From Abditibacteriota bacterium (GTDB lineage Bacteria > Armatimonadota > UBA5829), in assembly GCA_942493375.1 (NCBI GenBank), contig OW818698.1:1190309-1254308 (forward strand): DNA of 64,000 nucleotides, in the 5' to 3' direction. Positions 36,542 through 47,571 of this stretch are shown one piece after another. The first letter of the stretch is position 1. Every line of letters starts with the position of its first letter. A program made the position numbers and the translations under genes. The notes under the pieces were generated by a model that was not told the DNA's origin, did not search any database, and saw only the letters and a program-made list of their open reading frames with translations.

Positions 36542-38224
36542 TCAAAACCTGGGACCAGGGAGTATGGCTTCAGCTATCTCAGTTAGCTCTGTGGCTGCTA
36601 GTGCCGGTTTCTGTTTATGGGCGATAATAGCGGCTTGCTTGAACATGCTTAGCGCTTCTGGTCGTCCTTCTTTCAGATACTGCTTTCCTATTTTTCGCCA
36701 TACCTCGATTTTGCTGCAGGGATGCGTCATGCATCCAATTATTCGTTTCGCAGCAGGCAGGTTTCTGCTGGACAGGCTGACAGCCACAGACACTGCAACC
36801 GTGTCCCTTTCATTCCCGATGTCACTATCTATCAGTTGTGGTATTAATGCTTCGCCATGCTGGGGATCAGCTAGAATCTGCTCTGCAAGGAATTTTTGTT
36901 TCAATTCGTTTTTCAGACTGTCGCCACCGAATGCCAAGGCAAAGGCGAGTGACTGTTCACGGTCTCTCTTTGCCAACGGCTTGATCACATATTCCATAAC
37001 GTTCGTATCCGGGCTGTGCACCTGTTTAGCATATTCTCTTGTCAGGTTCACTGCACGCTGCGTGTCAATCAAGGCGACCCCGGCTAGATACCAACCGAGG
37101 GATTCTGCGAAGTAACCTCCAAGGTCCTCTGCTTTGATCATGTGCGATGGGTCAAGGCGCACAGCCTCCTGATAGAACGATTCGGCTTTCTGTATATCGA
37201 CAAACGCCCAGGCCCCAGCTAAATCAGTCATACGCCAGGCCCACATTCCCCGACGCTCTGATTTCGCAGTCAAAGTCGGCTCCTCCAGCATTTCTCTAGC
37301 GCTCTCAACATCCGCTTGCGATACTAAATAAGCTATGCTGACAAAGAGAGACTTCCGATCACTGGGATCCTGCACTTTCTTAGCTGCGACTACCGACTCC
37401 TTTGCCAGTTTCCTGGCTAGCGCAGGATTGCGAGACACCATCGCATCAGAAATACGAGCCAGAGACTGAGACTTCGTTTCCGCTCCCTGGATGCGCCGCG
37501 CCAATCTGAGCGCTTCATCTGGTTTAACCAAGCAGATTGCATCTACAATTAGACCCAATGAACGGTCTATCTCCTCGCGGGATTGGAGATAGACTAACAG
37601 GCTCTCGGCTGTCTTATAATTGTCATCTGCCAGGTCACTTATCACTCCGGTGATTACAACATCATGGTTTATGTTCTTCACTTTCTTGATGAACCTAATC
37701 GCCGAAATTGGATCGACACGGGCTATTTCCTGGACAGCATAGGCAGTCTGATCCTCCCGGGTTTGGGGGTTCTTGATTGCATTGAGCATGTAGATACCTT
37801 GGACTGGATTGAATTGGGCTACATCCTTTGGTAGATCCGAACAAAGAGAATTGCGCCAGTATTCGTCCGGAAAATGTGCTGCCAAATATCTCGCTTTTGC
37901 CGGGTCAACACCAGCCCAACCCTGTTCGATAATTGACCCTTGCACGGTATGCCGGTCGTTCACATCAGATATCTTACCGCTGATTCGCCAGGCTTCGTTG
38001 AGACACCTGACCGCTTGCTTCTTATCGATCCGTATCCAGGCTGTCCCTATTTGTTGTAACGCATCAGCACGTCTATAGTTAACAGGCTCTTTAGTCGCTG
38101 ACTTCTCAGCAGCACGAAGCAGAGAGACTGCATATGTGTTAATCTCTCTACCGCTGCACGATGCATTTGAAGCTACTAACAACACAGCAAACAAAACTAT
38201 TCCGGGAATCCATCTTTTCTGCAT
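36542..38224 (-). CDS. secreted helical-repeat (HEAT/TPR-like) hypothetical protein
   Basis: 560-aa ORF with a signal peptide (MQKRWIPGIVLFAVLLVASNASC) and repetitive alpha-helical composition. No family recognised. Confidence 0.75.
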   Translation of the reverse strand: MQKRWIPGIVLFAVLLVASNASCSGREINTYAVSLLRAAEKSATKEPVNYRRADALQQIGTAWIRIDKKQAVRCLNEAWRISGKISDVNDRHTVQGSIIEQGWAGVDPAKARYLAAHFPDEYWRNSLCSDLPKDVAQFNPVQGIYMLNAIKNPQTREDQTAYAVQEIARVDPISAIRFIKKVKNINHDVVITGVISDLADDNYKTAESLLVYLQSREEIDRSLGLIVDAICLVKPDEALRLARRIQGAETKSQSLARISDAMVSRNPALARKLAKESVVAAKKVQDPSDRKSLFVSIAYLVSQADVESAREMLEEPTLTAKSERRGMWAWRMTDLAGAWAFVDIQKAESFYQEAVRLDPSHMIKAEDLGGYFAESLGWYLAGVALIDTQRAVNLTREYAKQVHSPDTNVMEYVIKPLAKRDREQSLAFALAFGGDSLKNELKQKFLAEQILADPQHGEALIPQLIDSDIGNERDTVAVSVAVSLSSRNLPAAKRIIGCMTHPCSKIEVWRKIGKQYLKEGRPEALSMFKQAAIIAHKQKPALAATELTEIAEAILPGPRF

Positions 38225-38420
38225 TCCAGCACATCTCCTCAGTATATTTACTACCGATAAACTGTGTGCATAAAGTCATTGTTACGACGACCATTTACTA
38301 CATCCTGTTCCAGGGGCAATTTGCTGCAGATAGCGCTTGCATATACGGGGTGTTAACAGAGCATCGTTTTCATCATTCTACATACATAGCGCACATTCGG
38401 ATTCGCAACTGACATTCCCT

Positions 38421-38484
38421 TGTCATTCTGAGCGCAGCGAAGAATCTCGTATAAGACAGATTCTTCGCTGCGCTCAGAATGACA
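38421..38484. repeat. family-A palindromic element
   Basis: TGTCATTCTGAGCGCAGCGAAGAATCT-CGTATAAGA-CAGATTCTTCGCTGCGCTCAGAATGACA, 6 nt after the stop of the isomerase gene. Confidence 0.9.
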
Positions 38485-38489
38485 GGATG

Positions 38490-39377
38490 CTAAAGCGCGA
38501 TTCCTTCTGCTTGCGCTACTGAACGGATGTGGGTTGCGGCTTGGTCGTAGTCGGATTCGGATGCGAGGTGTTCTATCATGTATGGGACGGTGTGGGGGAG
38601 GTTGTGGAGTTCTCGGATGTTGGCTGCTATGTCCAGGTTTCCCTGGCCGGGCATTACTTCCTCCAGGATGACACTGATTGCCGGTTGGCGCATTGCGATG
38701 TCTTTGGCGTGTGCTGAGACTATGCGGTCTCCGAATAACTTGACGCACTCCCGCATTATATCTCCACTGGTCCAGTAGGCACGTGGGGAGTTTATGAGGT
38801 TTACCAGGTCCATGTGGACCCCGAATTGTTTTCGGTCTACTGCAGCAACCAGTTTTGCGATCATCTCCGGGGAGTCTATTACGTTGAACGGGAATATCTC
38901 ATAGCAAAAATGCGCTGTTTTTGGCTTGACGGTGTCTATGAAGTAACGGGCCATCTCTACTGCTTCGTCGAATGCTTCGGCTGAGAAGTTCCGCGCTGCG
39001 TGGGCTGAGCTGCCGTTTCCGTGGATGTAGGAACCGAATATATCTACAGCACATCCTGCTCCAAGCTCTTCTGCCAGTGCCAGTGAATCGACCATTTGCT
39101 GCCGGGTCTGTTCACGCGTTTGCTTGTCGGTATCTACCAGGTTCTCCCAGTAACCTACCTCGGCAATTACTATGTCTGCCTGTTCAAATGCACTCCTGAT
39201 AGCTCGTATTTTTTCGGAGTCATTCAGGCTGACCTGCGGGGCATAAGCTGCGGTGTAGCCTTTAGCTTTGTGTGCATTGACCAGAATTTCGGGGTCATCG
39301 GCTGCAATCCCGTGGCTTTCACCGGCTCCAGCTGCTTTTGTATCGCTTAAGAATATCGGTCCACCGAGTCTAATCAT
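38490..39377 (-). CDS. sugar phosphate isomerase/epimerase (xylose-isomerase-like TIM barrel)
   Basis: 295 aa. Composition and motifs (..HMDLVN.., ..AHAKD..) fit the AP_endonuc_2 / TIM-barrel family. It overlaps the upstream oxidoreductase gene by 8 nt. Confidence 0.8.
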   Translation of the reverse strand: MIRLGGPIFLSDTKAAGAGESHGIAADDPEILVNAHKAKGYTAAYAPQVSLNDSEKIRAIRSAFEQADIVIAEVGYWENLVDTDKQTREQTRQQMVDSLALAEELGAGCAVDIFGSYIHGNGSSAHAARNFSAEAFDEAVEMARYFIDTVKPKTAHFCYEIFPFNVIDSPEMIAKLVAAVDRKQFGVHMDLVNLINSPRAYWTSGDIMRECVKLFGDRIVSAHAKDIAMRQPAISVILEEVMPGQGNLDIAANIRELHNLPHTVPYMIEHLASESDYDQAATHIRSVAQAEGIAL

Positions 39378-40449
39378 TTTTCACCACCAGTTCCGGACAT
39401 TCCGGGAGCTCAGCATTCAGTCGCGTGAGAATATCATCGCAGACCGATGGATCAAGAGGCATATCCACACGCCGGTTGTCCAAAGCACTCAGACACAAAG
39501 CCTCCATTATTTCATAGCCGTGGTATGTGATATCTATATTACAGGGGTGGACTTTCGTATCATCATCCAGCCAGTCAGCCAGATCCCGCGCAAATAGAGG
39601 CTGGAGACGTGTGTTTGCTTGAACTTCCCATAGGTCATCCGCCTCGAACTGGACTTCACCACCGGTAGCAGAATTACAAGCGCCCCAGCGTCCATCGGTA
39701 TCACACCAGGCATACCCCTTGTCCCCATGGACAGTCAGGCGATTGTCTACCCAGTATTTGTCCGGAGTCATATGAGAATCTGAGAGTCTACCGAACTCCA
39801 CGAATGAACGGACTCCGTTATCCGATGCAAACTGCCCCATTACATAATCAGGAGATGGATGGGAATCCTCCAGCATCTTTTTCCCGTGAACGTGCCCCAC
39901 TACCCACTTTGCATGCCTGCCTCCATTGGCCCACAGGATATAGTAGACATAGTGGGTGCCAAGCTGTGCAAGGCCTGCCTGGCAGGTGGCATCGATCCGG
40001 GAAATGGTCCCTACAGCTCCGGATTCTACGATTTCTTTGAGCTTTTGGAAGGACGTAAGGTATATGTGCTGATGTGAGACGGCAGTTTTGATGTTGTGCT
40101 GCTTACACAGACTGGTTATCTGCCGGGCATCTGCAAGGGATGTTGCCATCGGTTTCTCAAACACCATTCCTTTGACAGCATATTTTGCAGCCAGTTCCAC
40201 CATCTCAAGCCTGACATTTGGCTGGGTTGAGAAACAGAACACATCCGGTTTTGCCTCGGAAAGCATTTTCCCGGCATCTGTATACTGAGCGGGGGAAATG
40301 CCTAAACCACTTACTGCCTGCTGCATTTTTTCTGCATCGATATCGCAGACTGCAACAATTTCGAACCTGTCAGGATTTTTCAGCCAACTATCCAAGTGAA
40401 CCACACCGCGACCACCGCAACCAACCTGTGCAACCCTGTATCTATTCAT
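39370..40449 (-). CDS. Gfo/Idh/MocA family oxidoreductase
   Basis: N-terminal Rossmann motif YRVAQVGCGGRG and typical family length. Confidence 0.9.
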   Translation of the reverse strand: MNRYRVAQVGCGGRGVVHLDSWLKNPDRFEIVAVCDIDAEKMQQAVSGLGISPAQYTDAGKMLSEAKPDVFCFSTQPNVRLEMVELAAKYAVKGMVFEKPMATSLADARQITSLCKQHNIKTAVSHQHIYLTSFQKLKEIVESGAVGTISRIDATCQAGLAQLGTHYVYYILWANGGRHAKWVVGHVHGKKMLEDSHPSPDYVMGQFASDNGVRSFVEFGRLSDSHMTPDKYWVDNRLTVHGDKGYAWCDTDGRWGACNSATGGEVQFEADDLWEVQANTRLQPLFARDLADWLDDDTKVHPCNIDITYHGYEIMEALCLSALDNRRVDMPLDPSVCDDILTRLNAELPECPELVVKND

Positions 40450-40591
40450 AAATGCCTCCCATAGATCGAATGATTTTGTTGACTATCCACATACTTAGTG
40501 CAATACTGATATTCAATCACAATACGGTAATTAAGTCCACAAAGTGACTGGTCTAGAAACACATATATTTATTGTTTATCAGGGGGAATGT

Positions 40592-42823
40592 ATGTCAGAG
40601 TCTTCTGCACCTAATGGCACTATTTTTGAGAACCAACTGATCGAATCCGGGCTGGCGAAACTCGGAGTCGATGTCGATTGTGTAATCGTTATCCCGGATG
40701 TCTGCGACATTGTTGAGAATACGGCTGCTGATATGCTGCAGGCGTTCTTTAGAAAGGTCGGCCTGAATATCGGGATCGTTCAGGAATCCGGATCTACCGG
40801 CAAGAAGCGGTTTTTACTGGGTAGAGATGCAAATCTGAAAGCTATTACGGATTTTTGTGACAGTGGTGATCTGCAAATTCGTGATGTCTCCCCTGAGGAT
40901 GACGGGTTCCATTTAAAGCAGATAGGGCAGGATTTTGTTATAGCTGGAGCAAACCCACGCGGTGTGCTTTATGGGGTGTATGCGTTTGAGGACTTTGTCT
41001 GCGCAGGGGCGAACAACAAACTGGATATTAAGAAAGTCCCGTATTATCGCAAGCGGGGAAGCGGTCCGTGTTACAGTTTCAACTATAAAACAATCCTGAA
41101 TGAAGACTTCCCTGAGGAAAAAGCCATATTTCTCTCGCGCCTGGGAATCAATCAGATGACAGACCAGGGCGTGGGTGGGCATCTGGACAATTTCGTTAAG
41201 AGCGATGTGTTCCCATTTCAATATCCTCCAAATCCCGAGTTCCAGCGCAGAGTCAAAGCAATGACCACTATGTGCAAAAAGTACGGGATCGATACTTACC
41301 TGTTTCTGGCTGCTCCAACCCTGCCGGCAGCATCAGGCAATTTAAGTGACTATCCGAAAGAAGTACTGGGGAGAGCCAAGCTTCCCTGGGGTGGAGACAA
41401 GAATAATCTGGAAACTACCCTATGCGTCAGTAGTCCCTTAACCCAGGAGTACCTCCGGGATATGATGAAGAAACTGGTGCGGGAATATCCGGATTTGACG
41501 GGTGTGCAGTTATATAACATGGATGGCCAGGATTGGCTTTGCACTCCTGAATTATGCGATAACTGCATAGCTGTCTGCACGGATTCACCCTCCAACATAC
41601 ATAATCCCTGGGAGACCCAGGCTCTGCTGGTTACTACACTTGCTGAAGCAGCCCATGAGGAGAATCCGGATTTTGATTTCAAACTGTGGGGAGCGGTCCA
41701 CTATAACGGTGAACACTTCGACAAAATGGTCCGTGCTGCAAAAGGCTATAATGGCCTCTTGAGTTCCTGGCCTGCATCTGACCGTACACTTATGGTCCCG
41801 GATGCTGCAGTACCTGATCCTGCATTCATTATGTCGCAGAAAGTATGTGAAGAACGTGGTATTCCGTTCTATATGATCTGTGAAATGAACAATCTTGAGC
41901 AGATCCCAAGAAGTCTACCGTTTCCTTTTCACGTGTGCTATGCCTTGAAAAAATACAAACTCTGGGATGTAAAATGCCTGACTGAGATTTTCGGAATAGT
42001 ACCTGAACACAATTCCATAAATGCCGTGGTTACCAAAGAATTCGAGTGGAACCCGGATCAGGATGTAGAGGAGTTTCTATCAAACTTGTCAGTTCGTCAG
42101 TTTGGGCAGGCAGCCGGGAAACTGGTGTATCAGTCCTGGATAGAAATGAAGAGGGCATTTGATGTCTGGAATGATGAAACTGCCAGTCCATTTCCGCTTG
42201 CAGGAAGTCAGTTTAATTGCTGCATAGGAACATCAATTTCCGGGTTGCCTCCGACAATTCTTCCGGACGAATCTTATACCGGTATTATTGATATTCTGGC
42301 CAAGGTTGAGCCATGGTTTGCAGACGGATACGAAGAGTATAAGAAGCCTGCGTTTCTGGACAAGATGAAGCTGATGAACACCTGTCTGGCACAAGCGGCT
42401 GATGTTGCAAAACAAGCTATTGAAGTGGCAAGTGATAAGGAGTTCATCGGCATTTGTTATTATGAGAGCTTGGACAGCCGTCCAACATGCAGAGAGTATG
42501 CAGAGATTAACTATGCCCCTATTGCCTTTGCAGATGCCATATGCAGGCAGCGGTGCGATATCATCCGTGCATATCATTTGCTTAAGGAATCTGAAACAGA
42601 TAACCAAGAGTTGTATCTTGATCTTGTCCGTGAAGACATAGCAGTGCAGGAGAGTTTCTGCGATCTGCTGCTTGGTCTTGCAGAAAAGCAGCCATGCTAT
42701 ACACGGACCAGCATAGCAGAACCAGAGATATCAGACTTCCTGTGCAAGACAAGGGAAAAGATCGAAAAGCTGAAGGAATATCTAGATAACCACGCCAATC
42801 AGGAGATTGGCGTTCCTGAGTAA
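40592..42823 (+). CDS. hypothetical glycoside-hydrolase-like protein (cytoplasmic)
   Basis: GGGGGA RBS before the ATG at 40592 and no signal peptide. The N-terminal GANPRGVLYGVYAFEDFV motif resembles GH20b/DUF4838-type N-domains. Cys cluster LCTPELCDNCIAVC. Confidence 0.7.
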   Translation: MSESSAPNGTIFENQLIESGLAKLGVDVDCVIVIPDVCDIVENTAADMLQAFFRKVGLNIGIVQESGSTGKKRFLLGRDANLKAITDFCDSGDLQIRDVSPEDDGFHLKQIGQDFVIAGANPRGVLYGVYAFEDFVCAGANNKLDIKKVPYYRKRGSGPCYSFNYKTILNEDFPEEKAIFLSRLGINQMTDQGVGGHLDNFVKSDVFPFQYPPNPEFQRRVKAMTTMCKKYGIDTYLFLAAPTLPAASGNLSDYPKEVLGRAKLPWGGDKNNLETTLCVSSPLTQEYLRDMMKKLVREYPDLTGVQLYNMDGQDWLCTPELCDNCIAVCTDSPSNIHNPWETQALLVTTLAEAAHEENPDFDFKLWGAVHYNGEHFDKMVRAAKGYNGLLSSWPASDRTLMVPDAAVPDPAFIMSQKVCEERGIPFYMICEMNNLEQIPRSLPFPFHVCYALKKYKLWDVKCLTEIFGIVPEHNSINAVVTKEFEWNPDQDVEEFLSNLSVRQFGQAAGKLVYQSWIEMKRAFDVWNDETASPFPLAGSQFNCCIGTSISGLPPTILPDESYTGIIDILAKVEPWFADGYEEYKKPAFLDKMKLMNTCLAQAADVAKQAIEVASDKEFIGICYYESLDSRPTCREYAEINYAPIAFADAICRQRCDIIRAYHLLKESETDNQELYLDLVREDIAVQESFCDLLLGLAEKQPCYTRTSIAEPEISDFLCKTREKIEKLKEYLDNHANQEIGVPE

Positions 42824-42857
42824 TATATTTGGAACGGATTTGAAAGGATATTAACCA

Positions 42858-44192
42858 ATGTCAGATATTATAACAAACAAATCAGATGCACCTATTAAGG
42901 CTCGCACATTATGGACCTGGGAGTTCAGCAACGAATGGACGTTGAATCAATTGGGAGCTCAGAATGTCGGAGCTTCCAACTATTATGCAAGGATGCCGGA
43001 CGTGTTCATCAGTGACTACACCAAGCTCTTCAAGTGGTGCGGGCAACATGATATTGATGCAGTGGTTATGTGGGGGATGCTGCGGGACTCGCACGGGGGC
43101 GTGGAATCGGCCAGGAAGCTTTGCGATGTTGCTAACGAGAATAACGTTAAGCTGCTGTGTGGGGTTGGATTGAATGCATATGGTGGGGTCTACTATGAAG
43201 GGGATTCCGAATACAGCCTGCAAAAGCATTTGATAGCGAATCCGGAACTGTATGGTATCGATGCCGATGGTAACAAAATGATCTACGGTTTTGGGGTCGG
43301 CGGCCCGTGCATTACCCATCACGCTTGCCCATCCCGCAAAGAAAACCAGGAGTTTACTGTGGAGTCCCTGGAGTGGTTATTCAAGACCATACCGGGGCTT
43401 GGCGGTGTGCAGATGGAGACCGGCGATACCGGTGTTTGCTTGTGTGAACGCTGCAGAGAACGCAGACATCGTCCTACTTCAATGCTTTCGTGGGAGGATA
43501 TGGCGCTGATGTTCCCCATGTCTGTAGATGCGATACGCTCGGTCAATCCTGATGCGTTCATAATCTGCGAGACATATTCACATCCTGAAAAACGCGATGA
43601 TTCAGAGGTTGCATCCGGTTTTGGGGATGGGAGGCCGCTGTGGTCCGATGAATGCCTGGACCAGTTCCCTGAGGGAGTTTATGTGCAGTGGGCTGGTGAC
43701 AGATATTGCGAGCCTTACTCAGAGCATATATGGACAGATGCAGGGACAATCAATGACAGTCGCAGGCATCACATCATGCGGTCCCATCATGGAACTTACA
43801 ACTTCAATGAGTTAAGAAGGGAAGTAGCATTTGATTGGATGGCAGGACTGGTACAACAAAGCATAGCTCACGGCATGGACTGCACATCGATATTTGGGGA
43901 AGTATCAACATTTCACACCGGAGCAGAGCTTAACTACCTGGCCCTGCAGAACTACGGCAGCGCCAGCAATCCAACAGCAGATGTAGATATCTTCCTGAGA
44001 GACGTTGCGGCTCCACTGCTGGGCGGTGAGGATGCTGCACACGACTATTTGAAATATGCAAGGATGCGGTCTAACCCCGAACTTGTCCCGGGTGCGCTTA
44101 AGGCTATCTACTCATATTGTGCAAAACTGGAAGCCGAACCAGCAAGACGATGGGCCTGGCTTGCGAATTTCTTATCGTCTACAGTCTATTAG
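42858..44192 (+). CDS. hypothetical TIM-barrel-like protein with CxCxxC cluster
   Basis: 444-aa ORF, 35 nt after the previous gene. GVCLCERCRERR resembles the GH42-type zinc cluster. No signal peptide. Confidence 0.7.
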   Translation: MSDIITNKSDAPIKARTLWTWEFSNEWTLNQLGAQNVGASNYYARMPDVFISDYTKLFKWCGQHDIDAVVMWGMLRDSHGGVESARKLCDVANENNVKLLCGVGLNAYGGVYYEGDSEYSLQKHLIANPELYGIDADGNKMIYGFGVGGPCITHHACPSRKENQEFTVESLEWLFKTIPGLGGVQMETGDTGVCLCERCRERRHRPTSMLSWEDMALMFPMSVDAIRSVNPDAFIICETYSHPEKRDDSEVASGFGDGRPLWSDECLDQFPEGVYVQWAGDRYCEPYSEHIWTDAGTINDSRRHHIMRSHHGTYNFNELRREVAFDWMAGLVQQSIAHGMDCTSIFGEVSTFHTGAELNYLALQNYGSASNPTADVDIFLRDVAAPLLGGEDAAHDYLKYARMRSNPELVPGALKAIYSYCAKLEAEPARRWAWLANFLSSTVY

Positions 44193-44235
44193 AATAATTA
44201 TCCACAGGAGTATTCGGAAATAGAATGAAGCGACG

Positions 44236-44264
44236 TTCGGGTGTGATTTGCAATTACACCCGAA
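44236..44264. repeat. family-E hairpin
   Basis: TTCGGGTGTGATT-TGC-AATTACACCCGAA (13-bp stem with one G-T pair). Copies also at 25437-25463 and 56769-56797. Confidence 0.85.
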
Positions 44265-44308
44265 TAGAACCATTTCAATCCTGATGGTATAGTTCAAGGG
44301 AAATACAC

Positions 44309-46099
44309 ATGAACAAACAAGTACCCGAATCAGCCCGAATGCAGGCACAGAATCTGGCATATCAAGCTATGGATGAACGCAATCCTGAGGAGATGCTGCG
44401 ACTGTGCAAACAAGCGCTTGATATTGATCCGCGCTGCGTGGATGCCCTGACACTGTTGTCAGGACTGATCCAGGATGATGATGAACGCATAGACAAACTA
44501 ATTAATGTGATAAGCATGGCAGAGGAAGACCTTGGTGGAAAGAGTTATTTCGAGGAGAACGAGGGTTACTTCTGGGGAATGTTAGAAACACGACCTTATA
44601 TGAGAACTGGGCAATTTCTCGCGCAAACTCTGCAGGATGCGGGCAAAATAGAAGAAGCCATAAGTGTATATGAAACTCTCCTTAGACTTAATCCTAACGA
44701 CAACCAGGGAGTGAGATACACACTGATTGGTTTGTACTTAGAGACACACCATGTGGACGGCGTTCACCAGATACTTGATAGATACGGTGATGAGAAATCA
44801 GCAATTTTCACCTGGTCCGCCATTCTAGACAATATCATTTCGGATGATATCGCGAGCGCATCACTAAAACTTATAGAAGCCCGCAAGCGTAATCCTTATG
44901 TTGAGAGCTATTTACTCGGAAAAACGCCAATTCCCATGCAGGCACCCGAAATTTACAGAGTTGGGGACAGGAATGAAGCAATCATTTGCGCAATGACCAT
45001 TGGCAATGCCTGGCAAAAGAACTCCGTAGCTATGCAATGGTTACGAATGAATGAATCCGTAATGCCTGCACTAGACAAGAACAAAACCGGAAGAAACGAC
45101 CCATGTCCCTGTGGAAGCGGAAAAAAATACAAAAAGTGCTGTCTGGGTCGGGAAGATGCTCCAGCAAGTGGTGTTGGCAGTCCAATGACCGGCGAAATTG
45201 TGTTGAATGATATTCAGCGTGAACTAGAGGGAAAGTCATTCACATCACAGGAAGAGGCTAATGACTTCATTCAAGAGTACAACCAGAAACGCAACAGCAC
45301 CCCTATCGACGATTTCGAGGGGTTGTCCTCTGCGCAAATGCATAGACTAATCAATTTCCCTCTTGATTCTCCGGAAGTTGTTGAATTCCCTTCTGTTCTT
45401 GATACCGTTCCATCTGCTCCTAGCGTTAAGCTGTTCGGATTGCTTGCAGATGCTGTCGGCGAAAATGGTCTAAAACCGACCGCTAAAGGCAATCTGCCAT
45501 TGAAAGTCGTTCGTAATATTGCATTAGCTGACATGGGTGAAGATGAATACGCCAAATATACCGAGTACGGTAGTATCCGTAGTGAAGAGGAGTATCACGA
45601 ACTTCACGCTACGAGAATAATTGCCGGACTCGCTGGACTGATCCACATATATAAAGGCAAGTTCATTCTCAGCACCAAGTGCCGTAAATTGCTAAAAACT
45701 AATGGAATGTCGGGAATATATCCGATTCTCTTGCGGACTTGTGCTGAGAAGTTCAATTGGGGTTATCTTGATGGCTATCCGGAATCAGAATTCATCCAGA
45801 GTTTTTTTACTTTCCCACTATACCTGCTTGCTCGTTACGGAGATCAATGGCGGGATAACAAATTCTACGAAGACGTCTTTTTGCGAGCGTTCCCATCAGC
45901 AGTAGATACCGTGCCACCAATATCCTACAGAACGCAAGAGGAGATCATTCGCGGTATGTTTTCACTACGATGTCTCGAACGATTCGCAGAGTATATGGGT
46001 CTGGTGGAAATAGAGAGGAACCCGGGAGATCGATATAACGGGGTTTTTAGAGTACGAAAAACACCTCTGCTTGATGATGCAGTCAGATTTCATATATAG
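44309..46099 (+). CDS. TPR plus SEC-C metal-binding motif protein with large uncharacterised C-terminal domain
   Basis: SEC-C motif NDPCPCGSGKKYKKCC in mid-protein, and an N-terminal TPR-like helical region. Confidence 0.85.
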   Translation: MNKQVPESARMQAQNLAYQAMDERNPEEMLRLCKQALDIDPRCVDALTLLSGLIQDDDERIDKLINVISMAEEDLGGKSYFEENEGYFWGMLETRPYMRTGQFLAQTLQDAGKIEEAISVYETLLRLNPNDNQGVRYTLIGLYLETHHVDGVHQILDRYGDEKSAIFTWSAILDNIISDDIASASLKLIEARKRNPYVESYLLGKTPIPMQAPEIYRVGDRNEAIICAMTIGNAWQKNSVAMQWLRMNESVMPALDKNKTGRNDPCPCGSGKKYKKCCLGREDAPASGVGSPMTGEIVLNDIQRELEGKSFTSQEEANDFIQEYNQKRNSTPIDDFEGLSSAQMHRLINFPLDSPEVVEFPSVLDTVPSAPSVKLFGLLADAVGENGLKPTAKGNLPLKVVRNIALADMGEDEYAKYTEYGSIRSEEEYHELHATRIIAGLAGLIHIYKGKFILSTKCRKLLKTNGMSGIYPILLRTCAEKFNWGYLDGYPESEFIQSFFTFPLYLLARYGDQWRDNKFYEDVFLRAFPSAVDTVPPISYRTQEEIIRGMFSLRCLERFAEYMGLVEIERNPGDRYNGVFRVRKTPLLDDAVRFHI

Positions 46100-46122
46100 G
46101 TGCTGCACCATGGCCTACAATT

Positions 46123-46153
46123 ATCCACAGATTTCGCAGATTTTCGCAGATTA
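46123..46153. repeat. family-C short repeat
   Basis: ATCCACAGATTTCGCAGATTTTCGCAGATTA. See 30031-30061. Confidence 0.85.
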
Positions 46154-46255
46154 GGGAAGGGTAGGATGTTCATCCTTGCTGAGTATGGTTGCTGAGGGAA
46201 CTGGATTGGCAGTTATAAGAAGTGTTGATAATTCCCGCATGGAAAGGTATATGAA

Positions 46256-46816
46256 TTGATCTTACATACGAATCTAACCATTCCGGAATGCATAGAGCGT
46301 TTGACGCAGCCGTTCCTCAGCGATCCTGATACGGCTGATACAGCAAATATAATCAAACGTCCCTCTCTGCCTCAAACAGGTGAGTATTACACGAAAACGT
46401 TGGAAATATACGGGTGGGCGATATATATTACATCCAGTGGACACGATTTCAAGATTGAGATGCGAGGATGCAGCAGTCCAGGAATATGTGGCAAAGTCAA
46501 GGATTCCCGGGTTTCAGATTCCGTAAGTTGTTCAATGAAAGAAAATAGTTCAGGCGGCACTGACATAGATTGCAAAAAAATAGGATCGCTCTTAACACAC
46601 ATTATAATCGGGGCATGGGCTTTTTCATTGCTCTTGCTGTCCTATTATTCTCCAGGACTACTTCATATGTCTTATGATATGGAGACATTAATACATTGGC
46701 TCATCGCTCCGTTCTTTGTAGTAAGCATAGTTTCTGCCTATAAAGCAGTGCGTATATTCCGGAGCGAGAAACTTATCGACTTTGCCGCTGATCTTCTGGA
46801 TGCAAGGGAAATATAA
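46256..46816 (+). CDS. small Cys-containing two-TM membrane protein, tandem paralog 1
   Basis: TTG start. It has an approximately 100-aa soluble N-domain and two TM helices (LLTHIIIGAWAFSLLLLSYY, LIHWLIAPFFVVSIVSAY). No family recognised. Confidence 0.7.
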   Translation: MILHTNLTIPECIERLTQPFLSDPDTADTANIIKRPSLPQTGEYYTKTLEIYGWAIYITSSGHDFKIEMRGCSSPGICGKVKDSRVSDSVSCSMKENSSGGTDIDCKKIGSLLTHIIIGAWAFSLLLLSYYSPGLLHMSYDMETLIHWLIAPFFVVSIVSAYKAVRIFRSEKLIDFAADLLDAREI

Positions 46817-46916
46817 AACCTCCGGGCTGACCTCTGAATACTTTCAGAGTTGTGTCATACTGCAGGAATTGGTTCATGTTCTTGTATACAAAACAATCTA
46901 TATAAAAGGTGTCAAA

Positions 46917-47474
46917 TTGATCTTACATACAAATCTAACCATTCCGGAATGCATTGAGCGTTTGACGCAGCCGTTCCTCAGCGATCCTGATACGGCTGAT
47001 ACAGCAAATATAATCAAACGACCATCTCTGCCTCAAACAGGTGAGTATTACACAAAATTGTGGCAACCATTCAAGTGGGCAATCTTTATTACATCCAGTG
47101 GAGACAATTTCGAGATAAAGATGCTAGGATGCAGCCGTACAGAACTATATGGTAAAGACCAGGATCCCGGAGTTTCATATTCCGTTAGTTGTTCAATGAA
47201 AGCAAACAGTTCAGGCGGCACTGACATAGAATGCAAAAAAGTAGGACAGTTGCACATGCCGATTATAATCGGGGCATTTGCTAATACATTGTGCTTGCTA
47301 TCAGGTTCTCTCCCGATACTAATTCATATGTCTTATGATATGAAAATGCTCATGCACAGACTCATAGCTCCATTTTTCGGAGTAACTATGTTTTCTATTT
47401 TTAAGATAGTTCATATAGTCCGATGTATGAAACTCATCAATTTCGCTGCTGATCTTTTGGATGCGAGGGAATAA
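46917..47474 (+). CDS. tandem paralog 2 (divergent)
   Basis: The TTG at 46917 aligns with the start of copy 1. The first 46 codons are identical in protein to copy 1 and the remainder is strongly diverged. The track ORF start at 46782 merely reads through the spacer. Confidence 0.7.
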   Translation: MILHTNLTIPECIERLTQPFLSDPDTADTANIIKRPSLPQTGEYYTKLWQPFKWAIFITSSGDNFEIKMLGCSRTELYGKDQDPGVSYSVSCSMKANSSGGTDIECKKVGQLHMPIIIGAFANTLCLLSGSLPILIHMSYDMKMLMHRLIAPFFGVTMFSIFKIVHIVRCMKLINFAADLLDARE

Positions 47475-47571
47475 ATCTCCATACTGAGCTCCTATAGGAT
47501 TAGAGTTGTATCATGCTGCAGTATTGGATCATGTTCTTGTATACAAAACAATCTATATAAAATGGTGTCAT

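Noticed and set aside
38353-38748. 131-aa ORF with peptides such as CHSERSEES and LRCAQNDK
   Set aside because: It is the translation of a family-A palindrome plus the antisense strand of the isomerase gene. The ORFs 56498-56704, 38337-38522, 20822-21064 and 21136-21465 likewise read through repeat elements.
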